Position numbers and translations under genes: made by a program. Shown one piece after another: positions 52,819 to 64,000 of a stretch of 64,000 nucleotides of DNA. Below the pieces are notes generated by a model, which was given only the letters and a program-made list of their open reading frames with translations, searched no databases and had not been told where the DNA came from. Numbering within the stretch: position 1 is the first letter of the stretch; each line of letters opens with the position of its first letter. The DNA is from an uncultured Acidobacteriota bacterium (GTDB lineage Bacteria; Acidobacteriota; Terriglobia; UBA7540), in contig CAWDSK010000006.1 in the NCBI GenBank assembly GCA_963804995.1, positions 1 through 64,000 on the forward strand, in the 5' to 3' direction.

Positions 52819-53109
52819 ATGATCGGCATTTTGGTGCTTGGGAATAACCACTTCATCGTGCGAGGTCCATTGCCGGATCGAGCGACCGCGCTGGCTCTCG
52901 CCCGGCATTGGACTATCATCCAAATCGCGCAGACAACGCCTGATTCGTTACGGACATGGAGCATTTCTACAAAGGAATTCCGGGAAAACATCGAGTGGGC
53001 GGCGGTCGTTCCCGGAGACGGCGAGGTTACGCCAGCCGTGGCGCAGTTGGTTGACGAGATCCTGGCAAGGGGAATCAAAGTCCACGACTCCAACACTGAA
53101 TGTTGGTGA
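52819..53109 (+). CDS. Hypothetical protein (96 aa)
   Basis: GAGG RBS; starts 6 nt after the previous stop; plausible composition. Confidence 0.6.
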   Translation: MIGILVLGNNHFIVRGPLPDRATALALARHWTIIQIAQTTPDSLRTWSISTKEFRENIEWAAVVPGDGEVTPAVAQLVDEILARGIKVHDSNTECW

Positions 53110-53301
53110 TGGGCGGATGGTGTGCTGAAGGACAAAATTGCCGTCGCGAACAGACCTGGAGAAGGTATACTGAAGTGGATCAGGATTCCAAAATGGAAAT
53201 ACGGATTTAAAGGGTCGGGTGACTGACGAAAAGCCCGGGCCGGAGAAGAGTAGGCTGGGTATGCCCGCTATCCCTTCCTGTTCCCATCAGTTTGTCCTTC
53301 A

Positions 53302-54744
53302 ATGAACATTCTCTTCGACAACACCTATGCCCGACTGCCGGAACGATTCTTCACCAATCAGAAACCCGCCCCTGTTCCGGAACCGAAGCTCATCCGTCTC
53401 AACCTCGGACTCGCGGCAAAGCTCTCGATGGACACCGACTGGCTGCAATCTACCGACGGAGTGGCGATGCTCGCGGGCAACGCGATTCCCGAGGGTGCCG
53501 AGCCGATAGCACAAGCCTATGCCGGCCACCAGTTCGGTGGATTCGTACCCCAACTCGGTGACGGCCGTGCCCTCCTTCTCGGTGAAGTGATCGGCACGAA
53601 TGGCGCGCGTTACGATATGCAATTAAAAGGCTCAGGGCGCACGCCATTCTCGCGCGGCGGCGATGGCAAATCCGCCCTCGGCCCCGTGCTCCGCGAATAC
53701 ATTGTCAGCGAAGCCATGGCCTCGCTGGGAGTTCCCACGACGCGAGCGCTGGCCGCGGTTGCTACCGGCGAAAGAATCATGCGCCAGGAAGGGATGCTCC
53801 CTGGCGGTGTATTCACCCGCGTTGCCGCAAGTCACATTCGCGTGGGAACTTTTCAGTATTTTCTGGCACGCAAGGATATCGATGCTCTGCGGCTGCTCGC
53901 CGACCATGTTATTGCCCGGCATTACCCGGCGTCGGCCGAAGCACCCCATCCCTATGGGGCCTTGCTCGAGTCGGTCGCAGCGGCCCAAGCGGATCTGATC
54001 GCCCAGTGGATGTCTCTCGGCTTCATCCACGGGGTGATGAATACGGACAATACCGCCGTCTCTGGGGAGACGATCGACTACGGACCGTGCGCATTCATGG
54101 ACGCCTTCCACCCGCAGTGCGTCTTCAGCTCCATCGACTCCCGTGGGCGCTATGCCTGGGGTAACCAGCCCGACATCGGGCTCTGGAACGTCACCCGCTT
54201 CGCGGAAACCCTGTTGCCCTTATTGTCTGAGGATCCTGGCGAAGCGACCAAGATTGCCGAAGCAGTTCTCTCCCGATATCCTGAGCGATTCCAGTGCCAA
54301 TACATCGCCCGCTTCCGCGCCAAATTTGGTCTCCCCCCTGAGGCGCCCGTCGCGCTCATCCAGGAAGGTCTCGATCTGCTCGCCGCCCAGGAGATCGATT
54401 TCACCCTCTTTTTCCGCCACCTCACACGTCTCGCCGAGGGAGAGGATTCAACGGCGCTGGAGGCGATGTTTTCCCAGCCTTTTGCACAATGGTTCGCCCA
54501 ATGGCGTCGCGAAGCCAACCCCGCCCTGCGTCTCGCCGAAATGCGCGCTGCCAACCCGATCCTTATCCCGCGCAATCACCGCGTCGAGCAAGCCATCCAG
54601 AGCGCCTATGGTGGCGACTTTGGCCCGTTCCACCGTCTCGTCGATGCCCTAACCGCGCCCTACGCTGACTCGGTCGAATACATTGACCTCGAAGCGCCAC
54701 CGCGACCAGAAGAAATCGTCCATGAAACTTTCTGTGGCACTTAG
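53302..54744 (+). CDS. selO: Protein adenylyltransferase SelO (YdiU)
   Basis: Motifs YAGHQFG, LGDGRA, QLKGSGRTPFSRGGDG, HGVMNTDN and IDYGP; C-terminal TFCGT. Confidence 0.95.
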   Translation: MNILFDNTYARLPERFFTNQKPAPVPEPKLIRLNLGLAAKLSMDTDWLQSTDGVAMLAGNAIPEGAEPIAQAYAGHQFGGFVPQLGDGRALLLGEVIGTNGARYDMQLKGSGRTPFSRGGDGKSALGPVLREYIVSEAMASLGVPTTRALAAVATGERIMRQEGMLPGGVFTRVAASHIRVGTFQYFLARKDIDALRLLADHVIARHYPASAEAPHPYGALLESVAAAQADLIAQWMSLGFIHGVMNTDNTAVSGETIDYGPCAFMDAFHPQCVFSSIDSRGRYAWGNQPDIGLWNVTRFAETLLPLLSEDPGEATKIAEAVLSRYPERFQCQYIARFRAKFGLPPEAPVALIQEGLDLLAAQEIDFTLFFRHLTRLAEGEDSTALEAMFSQPFAQWFAQWRREANPALRLAEMRAANPILIPRNHRVEQAIQSAYGGDFGPFHRLVDALTAPYADSVEYIDLEAPPRPEEIVHETFCGT

Positions 54745-55130
54745 CCCGAGCTTGGGTTTCTTGGATGCTTCACCCCCCGCTCCATCAGCGCCTCGTGAAT
54801 CTCCTGCTTGGCGAAGGTGGCATTAGCGCGGAACTCCACCTCTGTGCCCCGCTTCTGAAACCGCTCAATCTCAGGTAGCAGCAGTTCTTCCCAGTCCTCG
54901 GACTTTGGACGTCGCCAGATCGAAGTTTCCCCGCCAGACGATTGCCTTGCTGACCTACCGTCGTAGAGTCCAAGCCGCAACGACAGGCATGACCGCGATC
55001 GGCAACGACCGCCCCATCTTGAGCAAGTCAATCGTGTCGCGCAGCGTGCTCGCCATACCCATTAATCCGGATTCCGCCTGATAAACGCCCTTCCACGCCA
55101 AGATCCAGCCGGCCCGCAACACAACGTCAG
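54745..55130 (-). mobile_element. Degenerate IS1380-family transposase remnant
   Basis: SEDWEELLLPEIER...VEFRANATFAKQEIHEALMERGVKH resembles the IS1380 DDE region (FRADAAFA..EIYEALE); frameshifted. Confidence 0.6.
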
Positions 55131-55232
55131 TCGGCAGCTCCGAGAGCGATCGTAACTAGCGGTAGTATCTCGCTTGGCCTTTTGCTGTCCCCCGCTTCGG
55201 ACCCGCTCACTCATGCACAAGAAATCGGAAAC

Positions 55233-55256
55233 TTACTGTCCATTTACTGTCCATTT
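55233..55256. repeat. 11-bp tandem repeat TTACTGTCCAT x2 (possible integrase arm site)
   Basis: Perfect tandem copies about 110 bp beyond the tRNA 3' end. Confidence 0.55.
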
Positions 55257-55364
55257 CTATAGCGCACGATATAGACTTGCGAGACTCCAAGAGACAGGAA
55301 AGAACTACTCCAGGACCACATGGATCGCCATTGTTTATGCGGTTGAAATGCTAAGTTACAGATT

Positions 55365-55439
55365 TGGTAGCGCTACCGGGAATCGAACCCGGGTTTTCAG
55401 ATTGAGAATCTAACGTCCTAACCCCTAGACGATAGCGCC
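55365..55439 (-). tRNA. tRNA-Glu (anticodon CTC)
   Basis: Minus strand reads GGCGCTA...TTAGA-TT-CTC-AA-TCTGA...GGTTCGATTCCC...TAGCGCT-A-CCA (75 nt, encoded CCA). Confidence 0.95.
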
Positions 55440-55505
55440 CCAGAGGCAATCTATTTTTCTAACACCCACTCGCGGAAGTTGTCAAGAAGCGGTGGCGACA
55501 CATTT

Positions 55506-55718
55506 TGAGGTGCCACGGGCGTCCGAAGGTGTGAAAAAATACCATTTTCACCGCTGAGTCGCTGAGACGCAGAGAAATGACCCTTTGTTTTCAAACCTCT
55601 GCGCCTTCGCGCCTCTGCGGTGAAAGTTATGCGGGGATTTTTTCACAGCTTCTCCCGCCCGTGCCGCAGTCACGGCCAAGACCCCGATGGATCGGGGCAG
55701 GTCGGCCGTGGCACTTCA
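55506..55718. repeat. Nested inverted-repeat (REP/MITE-like) element
   Basis: Outer IR TGAGGTGCCACGG/CCGTGGCACTTCA, middle IR GAAGGTGTGAAAAAAT/ATTTTTTCACAGCTTC, inner IR TTTCACCGC.../...GCGGTGAAA. Confidence 0.7.
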
Positions 55719-55795
55719 GAAAAAGTCAATACGGAAGACGCTCACTCCGCAAGCAGAGCCGAGCATAACAAAACTCGCGAGGGCTTCCCGGCTGG

Positions 55796-57133
55796 TCAGT
55801 ATTTCGTGGTGGAAGCAAAATTGAATTCATGAACCTTGGCGGCGGGGACGACCATTTCAAATGACTCTTCGCCGGCGGTGCGTTGCGGCGGGCTCATCAT
55901 TTCCACTTGCCCCAGCATATCCACCAGGCTCTGATTGAAGCGCAAGTTCCTGACGCCATGCTGCACTTGCCCGCCCTCGATCCAAAACGTTCCGTCGCGC
56001 GTCATGCCGGTCAGGATTTTCTTATAGGGATCGACTTCGCGAATATACCAGAAGCGGGTCACCAGCAGGCCGCGCTCTGTCTTGCGAATCATCTCCTCCA
56101 CTGCCGTGCGGCCTCCGTCCATAACGATATTGACGGGAGCTTCTCCGATCTCATTGGGCAGCGGGAAGCCGTGGCCAGTGGGCTGCACACCCAACTTATG
56201 GGCAGTCTGGCGTGCGTAAACCAGGTTTTTCACTTCCCCTTTTTCGACAATCGCCACGCGCTGACGCGGTACCCCTTCCCCGTCGAAGGGCGCGCCGGTC
56301 TGGAGCGGGTGGAAAACGTCATCGCGAAAGTTGATGTTCTTACCAAACACCTTTTGGCCTACCCGGCCGGTCAGGCAACTGCGCTGCTCATGGACCGCCA
56401 GGCCACTGAAGTCGAGGATCATGAAACCCAAAAGGTCGAGCATGGCCGCAGGCTCAAGAATCACTGTGTAACGCCCGGGCTCGATCTGACGCGGCTCGCG
56501 GCTGGCCAGGGCCTTCTGGGCAGCGCGCTCGGCCAATGCGGGCGGATCGAGTTCCATCCAGTAAGGCGCGGTCTTCTTCGCCCAGCCGGAACTCGAGTCC
56601 GACATCATGGTCACCGAGAATTCCGACATCGTCTCTTCATGGAAGGCCCGCAAGCCGCGCGAGTTGAAGAGGCCGTAGGCGGAACTGCCGCTTGAAAACA
56701 CGCCGGCCGCCGTCAGGTGGTCCTGCTCAGCGCGAGCCACCACTTGCTGCACGGTCTCCGCCCGGGTCTGGGGGGTAAGGTCCGCGGTCTCCTTGAAAGA
56801 GCGATCTACGGCGCGGTAAGTCTGCGGGCTGGCCATCGGCAGCAACTCCGGGTCAGGCGGCTGCAAGCGCGCCAGCACCAAAGCGTTTTCGCAGAGTTGC
56901 CGGATGGAGGCTTCGTCAAATTTGTTGGTGCTGGCGCGCGCCATGCGCCCTTCGCTGACCAGCCGCACCGAAAGCGATCCGGTCTCCTCCGCCACGTTCT
57001 GGTGAATAGCGTTGTTGGCAAAACGCGTGAGCGCGTAGGCGGTGGACGAGATCATGGCTTCGGTCTCATCCGCCGTCGAGTACTTCAGCACTTTGTCGAA
57101 AAGTTCGTCAGCGCGTTGTCGGGTCAGGTTCAT
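55796..57133 (-). CDS. pmbA: TldE/PmbA-family protein
   Basis: LTRFANNAIHQN, PGRYTVILEP, PFDGEG and LTGMTRDG; lacks HExxxH; lies downstream of tldD. Confidence 0.85.
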   Translation of the reverse strand: MNLTRQRADELFDKVLKYSTADETEAMISSTAYALTRFANNAIHQNVAEETGSLSVRLVSEGRMARASTNKFDEASIRQLCENALVLARLQPPDPELLPMASPQTYRAVDRSFKETADLTPQTRAETVQQVVARAEQDHLTAAGVFSSGSSAYGLFNSRGLRAFHEETMSEFSVTMMSDSSSGWAKKTAPYWMELDPPALAERAAQKALASREPRQIEPGRYTVILEPAAMLDLLGFMILDFSGLAVHEQRSCLTGRVGQKVFGKNINFRDDVFHPLQTGAPFDGEGVPRQRVAIVEKGEVKNLVYARQTAHKLGVQPTGHGFPLPNEIGEAPVNIVMDGGRTAVEEMIRKTERGLLVTRFWYIREVDPYKKILTGMTRDGTFWIEGGQVQHGVRNLRFNQSLVDMLGQVEMMSPPQRTAGEESFEMVVPAAKVHEFNFASTTKY

Positions 57134-57166
57134 GGAGAAATTTGGCGATTTAGTGATTCAACGATT

Positions 57167-58625
57167 TCATCCCGGGTAGGCGACGCCCACCTGCACTTTG
57201 CGGAAGCGCGCGGGTGAGGCCCCATGTCCCGTGCCCATGGTCTGCATGGGCTGTCCTTTGCCGCAATTCGGCGTTCCCCAGAGCGTCCAGTAATCCGGGC
57301 CGCAGATCGCGTCGCAGGAATTCCAGAACTCTGTGGTGATGCCGCCGTAGCTGGGGTTCTTGAGCATCCGGGTCTTCTTGCCGCCGCGAATTTCCCAGCC
57401 GATTTCGGTGCCGAACTGGAAGTTGTAGCGCCGGTCGTCAATCGACCAACTGCGGTTAGTCTCCATATAAATGCCGTCGTCAGTTCGAGGCAATCAAATC
57501 GTCCGGTTTCCAGGCGCCGGGGAGAATGCTCACATTCGTCATGCGGATCAGGGGGATGCGATTCCAGCCTTCGGCGCGCATGGATCCGCTGGACCGCTTC
57601 AGGCCGATGGCGGGCGCCGTCTCACGCGAGGAAAGGTAGCCGACGAACTGTCCGTCCTTGATAATTGGCGTGCACTGCGCGGGAACGCCTTCGTCGTCAT
57701 AAGCGAACGTGCCGAGCCCAGGCCCGTGCGCGGGCGTAGCGTCCGCAACCACATTGACGATGTCAGACGCGTACTTGAGCGTGCCCAACTTCTCCAGGGT
57801 CAGGAAGCTCATGCCGGCGAAATTCGCTTCCGTGCCCAGCACGCGGTCAAGCTCAATGGGGTGCCCGATGGATTCGTGAATCTGCAAGCCCAACTGCGAG
57901 CTATCCAGAATGATGTCCTTCACGCCCGCCGGGCATTGCTCCGCGGAGTGCAACGCCACAGCCTCCTCCGCGACACGAGGTGCGTTCTCCAGCAGGTTAA
58001 GCTCTTCCACAAGCTCATAGCCTTTTGTCTGGTATTGCCCGCCGAACGAATTGGGGTAGGAGCGCCGCTGGATTTCCGTTCCCGCAAAGGAAGTGGCGAC
58101 GTATCCCGCGCCTGTCTGGGTCTTCAACTGGTAGATCTCCGAGCCCAGGCTGGAAAGGAAGAGCTGTTCGATGCGGCGAAAATCCATGGCGGTTTCAGCC
58201 AGGGTGATGCCTTGCACCTTGCGCAATTCCCCGTCCACCTTCAACATCAGTTCGAGACACGAGGAAATGGGAACGGAGAACGGGTCGATGCGGCAGGGCG
58301 CCGCCCAGCGGTCCACAATCTTCTCTTCCGGCGCCAACTCCACGTCGTGCTTCTTGGCCAGAGCACTCGCCAGGGCGATCTCGACCGCCAGGGCCGCGGT
58401 TCGATCCACGTTCGCTCGGGTCAAACTATCGGTGGAAGCAAAACCCCACGCTCCGCCCGCGATGACGCGCACGCCCAATCCCAGCGATTGCGATTCCCGC
58501 ACCTGGGAACACTGGCCATTTTTGGTGGAAAGGTAACGCTGGCGAGTATCGAGCACTCGTACTTCCGCGTACGTGGCACCGCGTTTGAATGCGGTGTCCA
58601 ACGCCCAAGTCGCGAATTCTTTCAT
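57167..58625 (-). CDS. tldD: TldD metalloprotease with a +1 frameshift near 57484
   Basis: HESIGH zinc motif, YDDEG and RMTN. Continues as DDGIYMETNRSWSIDD...CGKGQP in ORF 57167..57493. Confidence 0.88.
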
Positions 58626-58629
58626 AGTT

Positions 58630-58789
58630 AGCTATCAGCTCTCAGCGATCAGCTCTCAGCTACCCGTAGCACCGGGCCGAGGCCCGGTATGCCGCCCCAG
58701 GGGGCGCGCTATTTTCGGTTACCAGTTTTCAGCCACCGCCTTGCGGTTGGAGTGTGAGCTGAAAGCTGATCGCTGAGAGCTGAAAGCTG
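58630..58789. repeat. Inverted arrays of a 7-mer (AGCTNTC) flanking a REP-like hairpin
   Basis: AGCTATC AGCTCTC AGCGATC AGCTCTC at 58630-58662 and the complementary array at 58755-58789; ACCGGGCC-GA-GGCCCGGT hairpin between them. Confidence 0.7.
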
Positions 58790-58794
58790 CATGG

Positions 58795-60069
<1,275 letters not shown>

Positions 60070-61224
60070 TTAGAGTCCAGCCTCCTTCTTCAGGATGGCG
60101 GCCTTATCCGTCTTCTCCCAGGTAAACTCGGGCTCGGGACGGCCAAAGTGGCCATAGGCCGCGGTCTTCTTATAGATAGGACGCTGGAGATTAAGCGACT
60201 CAATGATTCCCCGGGGCGTCAATTTGAAATGCTTGCGAATCAAACTTTCGAGTTGGCTATTGTCGATCCGCCCGGTCCCGAAAGTATCCACCATGACGGA
60301 AACCGGGTCCGCCACGCCAATGGCGTAAGCAAGCTGTACTTCCGCCCGGCCCGCGATGCCCGCCGCCACGATGTTCTTGGCAATGTAGCGCGCCATGTAG
60401 GTGGCGGAGCGATCCACCTTGGTGGGGTCTTTCCCTGAGAAGCATCCGCCGCCATGGTGGGCGCTGCCGCCGTATGTGTCCACAATGATCTTGCGTCCGG
60501 TCAGGCCGGAGTCGCCTACGGGCCCGCCGGTCACAAAGCGTCCAGTGGGATTGATGTGGTACTTGGTTTCCGAATCGAGCAGGTGGGCAGGAACGACGGG
60601 CTTGATCACGCATTCCATAACGCCGGCGCGCAAGGTCTCATTGCTGACCGCCGCGGAGTGCTGGGTGGAAACCACCACCGCGTCCACCCGCACCGGCTTC
60701 GAGCCGTCGTACTCGACCGTGACTTGCGACTTGCCGTCCGGGCGTATGAAATCGAGAATCCCCTTGCGCCGCACTTCCGCCAAACGCAGACAGAGTTTGT
60801 GCGCGGTCATGATGGGAAACGGCATCAACTCTTCCGTCTCATCGCAGGCGAACCCGAACATCAATCCCTGGTCGCCTGCCCCGCCCGTGCCTACGCCCAT
60901 GTCAATGTCGGCGCTCTGGCGGGTCAGGTTGACGATCACCTGGCACAAATCCGGGGTGAAGCCGCCGCTGGGGTCGTTGTAACCAATATCCCTTACGGTG
61001 TCGCGGACCAACTTCTCAATGTCCGGCTTGGCGGAGGTGGTGATTTCTCCGGCCACATAGACCGACTGGTCCTTGACCATGGATTCGCAGGCGACGCGCC
61101 CGCGAGGGTCTTCCCTAAGCACCGCGTCGAGAACGGCGTCAGAAATCTGATCGCAAATCTTGTCGGGGTGTCCTTCGGTAACAGATTCAGAGGTAAAAAG
61201 ATAGTGATGCTTCGGCCCGCCCAC
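60070..61224 (-). CDS. metK: S-adenosylmethionine synthetase
   Basis: Motifs [33 protein letters not shown] and [16 protein letters not shown]. Confidence 0.98.
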   Translation of the reverse strand: MGGPKHHYLFTSESVTEGHPDKICDQISDAVLDAVLREDPRGRVACESMVKDQSVYVAGEITTSAKPDIEKLVRDTVRDIGYNDPSGGFTPDLCQVIVNLTRQSADIDMGVGTGGAGDQGLMFGFACDETEELMPFPIMTAHKLCLRLAEVRRKGILDFIRPDGKSQVTVEYDGSKPVRVDAVVVSTQHSAAVSNETLRAGVMECVIKPVVPAHLLDSETKYHINPTGRFVTGGPVGDSGLTGRKIIVDTYGGSAHHGGGCFSGKDPTKVDRSATYMARYIAKNIVAAGIAGRAEVQLAYAIGVADPVSVMVDTFGTGRIDNSQLESLIRKHFKLTPRGIIESLNLQRPIYKKTAAYGHFGRPEPEFTWEKTDKAAILKKEAGL

Positions 61225-61518
61225 GCAGAGCCTCCTTCCGGTCAGTTAAGAATTCCAGGGGACACACAAACCAAAAACCGTAGCACACGGCAAGCAAAAG
61301 TGTCAACGGTTTCTGGCCTTTCTCGCTAAAACCTAGGCCCATTTGTCGCGAATTAGATGCGAATGGGGCAGGTTTGCACCCAAGTGGCGCCAACTAAGAC
61401 CTCTAAGGGAATCACGGCCACTGCCCCATAAGCGTTAACTTGAGCCCCTGTCAACGTTGAGCCAACGCTGTCAGATTGAGGCGCTATGCACAGCGCCATA
61501 AGTGTTTGTGCATTCGGC

Positions 61519-61588
61519 TGTAGCAGCGCTCTATGAGCGCCGACCGGCGGTCCCCGCCAAGGCGGGGCAGGCGCCGACCGCCGCTACA
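61519..61588. repeat. REP-like doublet (TGTAGC...GCTACA) with an inserted 20-nt hairpin
   Basis: TGTAGCAGCGCTCTATGAGCGCCG ... CGGCGGT[CCCCGCCAAGGCGGGGCAGG]CGCCGACCGCCGCTACA. Confidence 0.65.
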
Positions 61589-61912
61589 ATTTATGGCGCT
61601 GTGTATAGTTTCCGAATAGGCAACGATACAGGGTACCCAACGGTGTAAGGCAGGAGCGATCGCCTCCGGCGCGCCGGAGAGGGTCGCTGCCAGCCGGTTC
61701 CGGGGCAAACTTCCGAGTCGCGCGTGATCCGGAAGTTGGTCGCCGCCCAGATCTACGGTAAGCCGACTTAGCGGAAAGCGAAGCGCTCGGGAATGGCGTC
61801 CGAGGTCATTGCTAGAGGTTTGTGGTTGTGGCTTCATACGAACCACGAAGTTTTTGTCGAAGGGCATCCGGCGACAGGGCTGCGTCCACCTGTCCAGTTC
61901 ACGTTCCTCCGC

Positions 61913-63640
61913 TCAGCTAAAGGCGTCCGCGATCATGTGAAGTGAAGTCACGCAGGTACTTAGCAGGTCTCTTCCCTGCATTACGAATGGCAAAGCTCTG
62001 TCAACCCGAGCAAGTTCATAGGCTTCGTCGAGGTCCTTGCTAGCGACATGCGCATCTGCAAGCCTGAGGTTGTAGATGCCATGTAAGGGGCCGAGTAAGG
62101 CGCGCGCCGGCTGGTCCCCTGTTAGGGTGGCGAGAACCTTTTCGAGTGACTTTAGGGAACCCCGGATCTCTTTGGGCGGAGGCGGCACGATCTTGTGAAG
62201 AACTGCCGTATCAATGTGCTCAACAACGACGCGCACTAGGTCTTTCGCCAGACCATAGAGACCCGACGTGGTCAGAGCCCTGAAGCGGTGGCAAGGTTTG
62301 AAGGCCTCCTCGGGGTCGAACGAACGGAACAGCGGTACTCGGAACCGGTTCACGAACGCATCGTTCAGCGTTGCGACGCCGATGGAAAGAAACGGCTCCG
62401 GTGGTTGAGTGTCCGCGGGCACTCCCTGTGCCTGCGCCGAAAATAACTCCTCGCAAACCTTACCTTCTGGGCTTACGTTGAACCCGGCCCAAACGCGCTG
62501 GAGCCATTCCGGAAGAAATGCGACATCCTTGGCGTATGCGTTCACCAGTCCGAGGTTGTTGACGCCGAAGGGGATGTATCCATGCGGCCATCCACTCACG
62601 CCGCCCGTTTCCCTGGTGTACCACCGCAACGCTCCACCGCGCCGCTCCGCCAGAGCAGGTATTACATCCGGCCTGAACCATAACCACCTGCCACTTTCCT
62701 TCAAAATCTCGGCTGTTTGCTTTTCGCCTGCTGCATCGACTGTAAACGAGATTACCGAATCTGATTTGTCGCGGCGAATGCGGATGCTCCGTGCCCCAGG
62801 CTCAATCCACTCGTCGCGCCAGACCTCGCCAACAACGCGAAACAACTTTCGCCCTTGTGAAAGCTTCCGCGTGAAAGTAGAGGACGCCATCTCGTCGGAA
62901 CTTCCGATTTGTGGCACGTCCTCACCGAAGTCAAGGTTGGGTCGAGTCATGTGCACGACTGCCATTGAACCGCCAAACTCGTGTCCCCCTTCGTGTATCT
63001 CCTGAATGCGGCCCTCCCACCGCTCACCATTCTTGTATGCACCGTCCGGTTTGGGCCACTCAAATTCCGGCTTTGATTCGACAACTTCTTCACGCTCCCG
63101 GTACCAAGAGACGAGAAGTGCCATTCGTCTTGCGCACAAGTAGTCCTTAAGGTGGTCGGCGCGCACCTCGAGCAGGCTCGGCCGGCCCTCGTTGTCCACT
63201 CTCATTCGGACCACTTCGATGTAGTCCTCGTCCATCGCGACCCAGATGTTTCCCTCCCGCTTCAGGCCAAGCGTGACCACAAAGTCCTGGTGGATGTGCC
63301 AGGTTGGCGGGTCAATGGAATTGCCACGCTGCGACAAAACTAATGGGATCGCTCCCTTAAGCGAACTGTGTCCTTGCTCATCCGCTGCTACGTAACGACG
63401 ACGCTCTACATAGCCTCCGTGATCATGCGAAATGCCAATATCCATCCAGCCCAAGGTCTCGGCTGCGGCGCGTTTTCTTTGCGGAACCGCAAGCGACCCC
63501 GCCCCGAAGAACTCTGATTTGTACCCGAGATATCCTCGCCTGCCTTCTCCGATTCTTTGGCTTGCACGGAGTGGGATCCATACTGCGCCATCGAAGCGAC
63601 GCCTGCGGATTACCGCCATTTCGAACCATTCTTTTTCCAT
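61913..63640 (-). CDS. Hypothetical protein (575 aa) with a helical C-terminus bearing R-x4-H
   Basis: Long clean ORF; C-terminal GIYNLRLADAH. Confidence 0.7.
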   Translation of the reverse strand: MEKEWFEMAVIRRRRFDGAVWIPLRASQRIGEGRRGYLGYKSEFFGAGSLAVPQRKRAAAETLGWMDIGISHDHGGYVERRRYVAADEQGHSSLKGAIPLVLSQRGNSIDPPTWHIHQDFVVTLGLKREGNIWVAMDEDYIEVVRMRVDNEGRPSLLEVRADHLKDYLCARRMALLVSWYREREEVVESKPEFEWPKPDGAYKNGERWEGRIQEIHEGGHEFGGSMAVVHMTRPNLDFGEDVPQIGSSDEMASSTFTRKLSQGRKLFRVVGEVWRDEWIEPGARSIRIRRDKSDSVISFTVDAAGEKQTAEILKESGRWLWFRPDVIPALAERRGGALRWYTRETGGVSGWPHGYIPFGVNNLGLVNAYAKDVAFLPEWLQRVWAGFNVSPEGKVCEELFSAQAQGVPADTQPPEPFLSIGVATLNDAFVNRFRVPLFRSFDPEEAFKPCHRFRALTTSGLYGLAKDLVRVVVEHIDTAVLHKIVPPPPKEIRGSLKSLEKVLATLTGDQPARALLGPLHGIYNLRLADAHVASKDLDEAYELARVDRALPFVMQGRDLLSTCVTSLHMIADAFS

Positions 63641-64000
63641 AGCTCAAGTGTCTTTCGGAGCACCGTTCGGGACCGTACTACAGTCCAGCATGCTATCTCG
63701 CGCACGCCAACTCCCGCATGAGTGCATCGACAAAAAATGCAAGATTTGCACGAGTGCAGAGGTCGGCCCACTGACCCTTCGAGTATACCGAAAAATCGCC
63801 CCGCCGAAACAGAGGTCAGACTGTTGCAGATGTCTGTTTAGACGGAGGTTCAGTTAAGCTTGTACGGCGATCGCAGAAATGCAGGTTCTACTTGGCCCTA
63901 TAATGCCCTTTACGCCGATGTGGCGCGGTGCTTCCGGTCGCATTGTCGGCCACCCGGAAGTTACACCGACTGCGGACTCGAGATCCTGCCTGGTCGCCTG

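Noticed and set aside
46763..58625. RiPP cluster (radical SAM/SPASM + SagB-like + TldD/E)
   Set aside because: No YcaO, precursor peptide or transporter; the genes are in different operons and on both sides of the tRNA.
61225..61480. SAM riboswitch upstream of metK
   Set aside because: No recognisable SAM-I/II core sequence by eye; an Rfam/Infernal scan would be needed.

Overview
Bacterial, GC-rich window; the host is probably an Acidobacteriota-type organism (inferred from gene content and IS/repeat style, not verified). About 1-55.3 kb looks like an accessory island that ends at the 3' end of a tRNA-Glu(CTC) at 55365-55439. From left to right: (i) 0.1-9.6 kb, a mobile-element DNA-processing block with a SAM methyltransferase, hypotheticals, an SF2 helicase, a FliA/WhiG-like sigma factor and SbcD/SbcC. 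(ii) 9.5-42.4 kb, a dense anti-phage island: a DISARM drmD stub, a fused SIR2-APAZ-short Argonaute, an AbiE toxin-antitoxin pair, an uncharacterised two-gene PD-(D/E)xK nuclease unit, decayed DUF3800/SIR2 fragments, a type III R-M + GmrSD + RelE-UvrD operon, and an unusual Druantia-like locus headed by a MORC/GHKL ATPase coupled to DruA, whose DruE helicase is broken. (iii) 43-54.7 kb, metabolic cargo including a nitric-oxide detoxification cluster (qNOR, radical SAM, DUF542, truncated NnrS-like gene) sharing three Crp/Fnr-type boxes, plus a SagB-type nitroreductase and SelO. Right of the tRNA lies core genome (pmbA/tldE, tldD, ahcY, metK) with nested REP/MITE hairpins and a final orphan ORF carrying a HEPN-like motif. 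The best candidates for undescribed systems are the MORC-DruA-X-Y-DruE Druantia variant, the sigma-SbcDC module and the two-gene nuclease unit. Several single-base insertions, including one in tldD, may be sequencing errors. All family calls come from motif recognition by eye; no searches were run.
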